This document shows positions 58,309-64,000 of a stretch of DNA of 64,000 nucleotides, piece after piece. Each line of letters begins with the position of its first letter. The stretch's first letter is position 1. The DNA comes from an uncultured Desulfovibrionaceae bacterium (GTDB taxonomy: Bacteria > Desulfobacterota > Desulfovibrionia > Desulfovibrionales > Desulfovibrionaceae). Location of the stretch: assembly GCA_964371865.1 (NCBI GenBank), contig CAYJOR010000002.1, positions 56,465 through 120,464 of the forward strand, read 5' to 3'. Position numbers and translations under genes: made by a program. The notes under the pieces are model-generated. The model was not told where the DNA came from. It saw nothing but the letters and a program-made list of their open reading frames with translations, and ran no database searches.

Positions 58309-59346
58309 ATGATTCCCTCAAAACCACTTTTTATTAGAGATAGTGTGTCTTTACCTGATTATGAGAGTCTTATAAGAAAACAAAGGCAAACTCTCGATAA
58401 TCAAAATTCTGACACTTTCGCTCAAATGTTAAGCTCTTCATCACAAGAAAATGAGAGCCACTCTCAAGCTACATCTTTAGTTGAAACAAAAAAAACAACA
58501 CCAGAAGTTGAAAACTCAGTAACTGAAAAACCTATAGGCATTCCCCTTCATAGTAGTGGAATTGAAATTCTAACAAAACGCCCAATAGGAATCACCCCAA
58601 CGGCTATGATGCTCGATAGTCAATCACTACAAATTCTTACTCGATTGACTGAAAGAAAATCTTCAGGATTAAGGCTTACCACTCAAGAAGATTTCATAGA
58701 ATCAGCAAAGCTTTCACAAAAAACTACTACGGCAGCGGACTACTATGTCTCTAACAATCCACTTGGTAAGTTGTCGGCTAAGTATGAATCTGGTACACAG
58801 GGCATTTCTGCTATTGGCTATGACAGAGTAGGTGGAACTTCTTACGGTAAATATCAAATTGCGTCAAAAGTAGGCACATTCAATGACTTTATTAATTTCT
58901 TAGAAACTGAAGCCCCTGATATAGCAGAACAGCTTACTAATGCTGGTACTGCCAATACTGGTTCTCGATCAGGTGCTGTTCCTGAAGCATGGAAAGAAGT
59001 TGCTGCAAGTGACCCTAAAAGATTTGGTGAACTTCAAGAAGAATTTATAAAGAAAACTCACTACAATCCTGCTTATAACAGTATAAAAGATACTGGAATT
59101 GATACTGATTCTGAAATTATTAAGCAAGTAGTGTGGTCAACTGCTGTTCAGCATGGTGCTACCGGCGCAAAAAGGATTTTTGACCAAGCTCTTAAAAATA
59201 TTGACACCTTAGATGAAAAATCTTTCATCACAGAAGTTTACGAGTTAAGAGCAAATCAATTCTCTTCTTCAAGCTCAAGTGTACGTAGTTCTGTTCAAAA
59301 CAGGCTTATTGCTGAAAAAAATGATGCTCTTAAAGAATTAGCTTAG
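58309..59346 (+). CDS. Hypothetical 345-aa protein with a C-terminal lysozyme-like-looking domain
   Basis: GAGGAGG SD. Ser/Thr/Gln-rich N-terminal half. The C-terminal block LSAKYESGTQGISAIGYDRVGGTSYGKYQIASKVGTFNDF resembles the Glu...Asp-x-x-GG-x-SYG core of lysozyme-superfamily domains. The coding call is solid; the function call is weak. Confidence 0.5.
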   Translation: MIPSKPLFIRDSVSLPDYESLIRKQRQTLDNQNSDTFAQMLSSSSQENESHSQATSLVETKKTTPEVENSVTEKPIGIPLHSSGIEILTKRPIGITPTAMMLDSQSLQILTRLTERKSSGLRLTTQEDFIESAKLSQKTTTAADYYVSNNPLGKLSAKYESGTQGISAIGYDRVGGTSYGKYQIASKVGTFNDFINFLETEAPDIAEQLTNAGTANTGSRSGAVPEAWKEVAASDPKRFGELQEEFIKKTHYNPAYNSIKDTGIDTDSEIIKQVVWSTAVQHGATGAKRIFDQALKNIDTLDEKSFITEVYELRANQFSSSSSSVRSSVQNRLIAEKNDALKELA

Positions 59347-59520
59347 TGTAAAGTGATTTTAAACATAATAAAATTTATTTAAAACTTTATTTATCTCTAA
59401 AGTTTTCTGTCTTTTATACGTTTTAAATTAAACGAGCGTAAATTTAATTTTCCCAACTTTATAGGGTAAGATAAATAGAAACATTTCTGCTATAGAAAAG
59501 ACTTTTTAAAAGAGGCAAAT

Positions 59521-62013
59521 ATGAAAAACTTGCGAGTTTCCATAAAACTAATGCTTGGATTTGGTGTTATCACATCTTTATTGGTTGCTTTAGGCTATGT
59601 CGGTCATAATGCTATGAAGATAGCTGCGAAAGATGCAGACACTTTAGAATCTGTGTACATAGAAGAACTTTCTATTTATAATAGACTTTCTACCAGTGTT
59701 TCTAATATTGGCTATAATATTGTGCTATATCTTGGAACATCTAGTGACAGTGTTTATCAGACTGCAAAAGATACCATGACCTTAGTGCATAATGCTGAAA
59801 AAGACCTTAAAGCTCTTTCTAATTTAGACAATGATGACCCAAGAATAAATGAAATTGCAATATTTCTAAGAAATTTTTCTCCAAATTTATCTGAATACGA
59901 AACTCTTATTGGCTCTACCTATCAAGCAAGACAATTATCACTAACAACATGGGACGAGGCTGCTAAAAAAGCTGAAAAAGCAGTTGAGGATTTAAATATT
60001 TACCTTGAAGCTGTTATGACTGGAATAGGAACTGCTACAGAATACGGTCAAACAGAGAGTGCAGATGCGCTTACGGCTCTTGATATTGATACAATGGATT
60101 TAGTGAGCTATATTGGTCAATTTAGAATGCTGTTTGCAGATGCTTACTATAAAAAAAGTGCAGCGGAAGGTAATAAGTATTTGACTGATTTTGAAAAACG
60201 TTTTTCCGTATCATTAGATTTACAGTCCACAATTCCTTACTCAAATATTACAGACCTTGCTAAAGTTATGAATGCAAGTATGAGTGATTATATTGCTTCT
60301 ATTAAACTTGTAACTTCAGCTTGGGAAAAAGAAAGCTCTGTAAGCTCTGCTCGTGCAAACTCGTATCAAGCATTACTAGCACAAGTTAAAGAGAATGCTA
60401 TCAAATTAACAAATGCTGCGGATTCAACTGCTGTCACCAATATAAATGACCTTGAAAATAGTATTGAATTTTTTCAATACATTTTATTAGCAATAGTCAT
60501 TCTTACATTTATCATAAGCATATTACTCACAAGACAAATCACAGTTCCGATTGAACTCTGCATGAATTTTGCGAAAGAAATAGCAAAAGGTAATTTATCT
60601 TTCAAAATGAACCTCAATCAACGTGATGAATTTGGTCAACTTGCTGACGCTCTACGAGTAATTCCTCAAAATCTAAATAATATTGTTCATGAATATAGCG
60701 AACTCAGTAAAAAAATTGCTACCGGTGATATCTCAGCTAAAGGCAATATAAGTAAGTTTAACGGTGACTTTAAAACACTCATGGAAGGTACAAATAAAAT
60801 TACTGATAGCTACCTAACAATTATTGAAAATGTTCCTTCTGCAGTAGTAATGCTTAACGCTCAAGAAAAAGTACAATATCTAAACGCTGCCGGAAGAAAG
60901 GCTTGTGGTAATGTTTTTGTTGATAAAACTTGTAAACAAATTATGAATCGTGAAGATAGCGGAACTCCTAGTGATGCCCTTGCAATTGCTGTAAGATCAC
61001 GTAGACCAGCGAATGGAGAAACAATTGCTCATCCACAAATAGGAACAATTCATATTAAATACTTCGCGGTTCCTATGCTTGACGAAAAAGGTAACTTATT
61101 ATCTATCATGCAGCTTATCCTTGATGTTACCGATGAAAAGAAACTTCAAGAAACTATTCTTACAGTAGCACAAGAAGCATCTGAAATTGCTCAAAGAGTT
61201 GCTTCAACCTCAACTGAATTAAGTGCACAAATAAGGCAAGCTGAACAAGCAGCTATGGCATCACTCGGTCAGGTAGAATCAACCTCTGTGGCTATGAATG
61301 AAATGACAAGCACTGTTCTTGAAGTTGCACGTAGCGCTGGTAATGCTTCTGGTGTAGCTAACGAAGCACGTACAAAAGCTGATAATGGTGCAAATATTGT
61401 TGAAGCTGTTGTATCAAGCATTGCAGGTGTTGACCAGCAAGCAAATCAACTAAAACAAGATATGCAACAACTCGGTCATGATGCGGAATCAATCAATACT
61501 ATTATGAACGTTATTTCAGATATTGCAGACCAAACTAACTTACTTGCTCTTAACGCTGCTATCGAAGCTGCTCGAGCTGGTGAAGCCGGAAGAGGTTTTG
61601 CTGTTGTTGCGGATGAAGTTCGTAAACTTGCTGAAAAAACAATGAATGCTACTGTTGAAGTTGGAAATGCAATTAAAAGAGTACAAAGTAGTGTTGTCAC
61701 CAATATGCAAAACGTTGATAACTCAGTAAATAATATTGCACGAGCTACAGAACAAGCTCGCCTTGCCGGAACAAGTCTTGAAGAAATTCTTCACTTAGTT
61801 GATAACTCAGCCGATCAAGTTCGTTCAATAGCAACTGCGGCAGAAGAACAGTCAGCTACATCAGAAGAAATTAGTCAAAACCTTGATACCGTAACATCAA
61901 GTGCAAACACGATGTCGATTACAATGAATGAGGCTGCTCAAGCAGTGAACGACCTCGCCGAGCAAGCTTCAAAACTCAACGATCTTATAGCTCAACTGCG
62001 TAAAACAAAGTAA
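59521..62013 (+). CDS. Methyl-accepting chemotaxis protein (large periplasmic domain, HAMP, PAS, MA domain)
   Basis: Two TM segments. HAMP ([21 protein letters not shown]). Conserved signalling hairpin [41 protein letters not shown]. Confidence 0.93.
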   Translation: MKNLRVSIKLMLGFGVITSLLVALGYVGHNAMKIAAKDADTLESVYIEELSIYNRLSTSVSNIGYNIVLYLGTSSDSVYQTAKDTMTLVHNAEKDLKALSNLDNDDPRINEIAIFLRNFSPNLSEYETLIGSTYQARQLSLTTWDEAAKKAEKAVEDLNIYLEAVMTGIGTATEYGQTESADALTALDIDTMDLVSYIGQFRMLFADAYYKKSAAEGNKYLTDFEKRFSVSLDLQSTIPYSNITDLAKVMNASMSDYIASIKLVTSAWEKESSVSSARANSYQALLAQVKENAIKLTNAADSTAVTNINDLENSIEFFQYILLAIVILTFIISILLTRQITVPIELCMNFAKEIAKGNLSFKMNLNQRDEFGQLADALRVIPQNLNNIVHEYSELSKKIATGDISAKGNISKFNGDFKTLMEGTNKITDSYLTIIENVPSAVVMLNAQEKVQYLNAAGRKACGNVFVDKTCKQIMNREDSGTPSDALAIAVRSRRPANGETIAHPQIGTIHIKYFAVPMLDEKGNLLSIMQLILDVTDEKKLQETILTVAQEASEIAQRVASTSTELSAQIRQAEQAAMASLGQVESTSVAMNEMTSTVLEVARSAGNASGVANEARTKADNGANIVEAVVSSIAGVDQQANQLKQDMQQLGHDAESINTIMNVISDIADQTNLLALNAAIEAARAGEAGRGFAVVADEVRKLAEKTMNATVEVGNAIKRVQSSVVTNMQNVDNSVNNIARATEQARLAGTSLEEILHLVDNSADQVRSIATAAEEQSATSEEISQNLDTVTSSANTMSITMNEAAQAVNDLAEQASKLNDLIAQLRKTK

Positions 62014-62033
62014 TCTCGTAAATATAAATCACT

Positions 62034-62077
62034 AAAAAGGGAAAATCTAACTTCTTGCTAGATTTTCCCTTTTTTTT
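62034..62077. terminator. Bidirectional terminator between the MCP and ppx genes
   Basis: GGGAAAATCTA-9 nt-TAGATTTTCCC, an A-run before and eight T after. Confidence 0.8.
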
Positions 62078-62104
62078 ATTAATTTAGAAAGATATCTAAA
62101 ATCA

Positions 62105-63673
62105 TTATGTAGAGAACAATATAGATAGTTTTCTATTAAAGACTTTTTCAACTGTCTTTTGCATTGCTCTAACAGCATTTTCTTCAATTAAACTTGGAGA
62201 GAATTGTTGAGCATAAAGAATAAGCTCCTTGCCCTCATCATGAAAAGCAGCTTCATAGATATGTTGCCTATGCAACTTTTCCATACTTTCAGCGATTGCA
62301 AGAAAACTTGAATAGAGCGTAATCTGCTCTTTTATTTCTTCACTCAAAACGTTGAAAATATCATACTTACGTGATGGTTTCTTATTTTGGAAAAATGTAA
62401 GTAAGGCTATATATTCCTTTTCTTCTTCCGTAAAACCAAGTAGCTCGCTGTGAGATATAATATAGTAAGAATGTGCGTAATGTTTTGTATAGGAAATTGA
62501 TATCCCAATGTCGTGCAAAATTGCAGCATAATTAAGATATTCTCTCCAGCGTTCATTATAAGAAATAAGCCCGCTATCCACAGCAGAATCGTGAAGCATT
62601 AGCGCAAGAGCTTTTACATGTTCAGAATGTTTTTTTTCATAATGAAAAGCTTGAGCAAGAAATTCTACACTCTGTTTTCTTGTATTCTTTCTGGATTTAT
62701 GGATAGGAAGTTGCTTATTTTTTATATAATCAGCTAATGCACCATGTTGTAAGTTTTGATGACTTATCGTGATTTTTTTTAGTCCAAGCTGCTCTAAAAG
62801 AGTAAGCAGTATAGCAGAACCTGCAACAAGCACCTCTGCTCTTCTATTGCTAAGCCCAGGAAGATTTTCTCTCTCTTCCGACGTTAGAGTGCATACATAT
62901 CTAGAAACTTCACGTAAACTTTCCAATGATAATACATTAGGATCACTCGACGGTTTTACTGGTAAATCAAGCTTTTGTGATAGTTCTAGTAAGGCAATCG
63001 CAGTACCTGAACTCGCCACAACCTCTACAAGATTATATTCAACAAGTGATTGGAAGGCATGAGCGGAAGTTTGACGAACATATTCTTTCATCTTTTCAAA
63101 TTCTTGCGGTCTTACTTTGCCTTTATTTTCGCTCATAAAGCGATTTGTAAGCATAACACAGCCAAGTGAAAGCGAATCTAAAAAGAGATATTCTAATGAA
63201 TGCCCCACAATAAGTTCTGTGCTTCCTCCACCTATATCAATAAAAATTCTAAGCCCAAAAGTGTGTGGCAAACCGCTGCTTACACCAAGATAAATCAGTC
63301 TTGCTTCTTCATGTCCGGATACAACATTCAGTTGAATACCTGTTTCTTTCAAAACTCTTTGTACAAAATCTTTACCATTATCTGCTCGGCGCACGGCTGC
63401 GGTTGCAATGGCTTGAATTGATGTAACATTATATTGTTTACAGGTTTCAGCAAAAGACTTTAAAACATCTATGGTTCTTAGAATTGCAGGTTCTTGTAAT
63501 TGTTTTGACTCGAAGGAATTTTCCCCTAAGCGTACCATAAATTTTACTTGCAAAACAACAGCAGGAGTTTTTCCGGGCTCTAAGTGCGCAATCATAAGGC
63601 GAGCAGAGTTAGAACCAAGATCAATTATCCCAACAAATTCTTCAATATCAGTGAGTTGACTTGAGAAGGTCAC
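62105..63673 (-). CDS. Ppx/GppA-family phosphatase with C-terminal HD domain (exopolyphosphatase / pppGpp phosphohydrolase type)
   Basis: GIIDLGSNSARLMI, DIGGGSTE actin-like ATPase motifs. HD region AAILHDIGISIS...HSYYII. Confidence 0.88.
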   Translation of the reverse strand: MTFSSQLTDIEEFVGIIDLGSNSARLMIAHLEPGKTPAVVLQVKFMVRLGENSFESKQLQEPAILRTIDVLKSFAETCKQYNVTSIQAIATAAVRRADNGKDFVQRVLKETGIQLNVVSGHEEARLIYLGVSSGLPHTFGLRIFIDIGGGSTELIVGHSLEYLFLDSLSLGCVMLTNRFMSENKGKVRPQEFEKMKEYVRQTSAHAFQSLVEYNLVEVVASSGTAIALLELSQKLDLPVKPSSDPNVLSLESLREVSRYVCTLTSEERENLPGLSNRRAEVLVAGSAILLTLLEQLGLKKITISHQNLQHGALADYIKNKQLPIHKSRKNTRKQSVEFLAQAFHYEKKHSEHVKALALMLHDSAVDSGLISYNERWREYLNYAAILHDIGISISYTKHYAHSYYIISHSELLGFTEEEKEYIALLTFFQNKKPSRKYDIFNVLSEEIKEQITLYSSFLAIAESMEKLHRQHIYEAAFHDEGKELILYAQQFSPSLIEENAVRAMQKTVEKVFNRKLSILFST

Positions 63674-63675
63674 TA

Positions 63676-64000
63676 TTATTTCCTTGTTGTATTATCTACT
63701 TTACATTCCAAAACTCTCTTAAAAGTGTCTTGAAATAATTGTTTTTTCACTCCAACTCTTTCTTTTTCTGCGGCGCATGAACTATCGCAATCTAAAGTAA
63801 GGAGGACTGTTTTTTCTTCAATTTTTACTTTCACACTTTTTACTAAAGCCATGTGTGAAAAATCAAGCGCATCAGCAATACGAATGATAGAAGCAAGCTT
63901 TGTAACTATCTTCTGTTCACTTTTTGATAACTTTTTATAAATTGTGTGTCTTGAAGAGGGTTCACTCTTTCTATGATAACGAGCCACACAAGCAATTAAT
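63676..64000 (-). CDS. C-terminal part of a second Ppx/GppA-type (HD region) protein; 5' end lies outside the window
   Basis: The frame stays open through base 64000 (..LIACVARYHRK..; the track's M is an internal GTG). ARYHRK...IIRIADALD is the typical end of the Ppx/GppA HD domain. 2-nt gap before the next gene. Confidence 0.65.
   Translation of the reverse strand, partial: LIACVARYHRKSEPSSRHTIYKKLSKSEQKIVTKLASIIRIADALDFSHMALVKSVKVKIEEKTVLLTLDCDSSCAAEKERVGVKKQLFQDTFKRVLECKVDNTTRK

Noticed and set aside
59347-59520. Sigma28 or sigma54 promoter upstream of the MCP gene
   Set aside because: Only weak TAAA / GATAA-like fragments with wrong spacing, and no GG-N10-GC element. Not reportable.

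Overview
Low-GC (roughly mid-30s % by eye) bacterial chromosomal window. Gene content looks like an anaerobic Desulfovibrionaceae-type organism: a siroheme decarboxylase AhbA/B-type gene, an iron-sulfur flavoprotein, class II B12 ribonucleotide reductase, a NIL-ferredoxin, sigma54-type promoters and an rpsO-pnp / rpsB-tsf backbone. A Lawsonia-like lineage is only a guess. Most of the window is housekeeping: pal, pnp, rpsO, truB, flagellin, zupT, tsf, rpsB, nnr, nadK, ihfA, prmC, lpxC, tRNA-Arg(TCT), tatA, nrdJ, ileS, lspA, cpoB/ybgF-like, maf, ribH, nusB, leuS, lptE, a beta carbonic anhydrase, an MCP and Ppx/GppA. The main accessory features are: (1) A Lap/Dvh-like type I secretion module at 28.5-37.1 kb (TolC, LapB-like ABC, HlyD, LapG-like transglutaminase-like Cys protease). 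LapD is replaced by a 2-TM PAS protein whose HD-GYP domain has lost its metal-ligand residues, and no adhesin substrate lies in the window. (2) A six-gene ynj-like operon at 7.8-13.7 kb: a class I disulfide oxidoreductase, a YnjF-like CDP-alcohol phosphatidyltransferase and an ABC importer, function unknown. (3) An Rrf2 regulator followed after a 13-nt gap by an AbiEii-like nucleotidyltransferase, inside a small redox island. (4) Four sigma54-type -24/-12 elements, including a perfect consensus in front of lpxC and identical TGGTAT-N5-TTGCA elements in front of flagellin and of a secreted lysozyme-like protein. (5) A dispersed ~20-bp repeat (AAAAACGTGGTTTCCCCCTC-like) in two intergenic regions. 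No CRISPR array, transposase, integrase or rRNA was seen. All function calls rest on motif recognition by eye and none was verified by a search.
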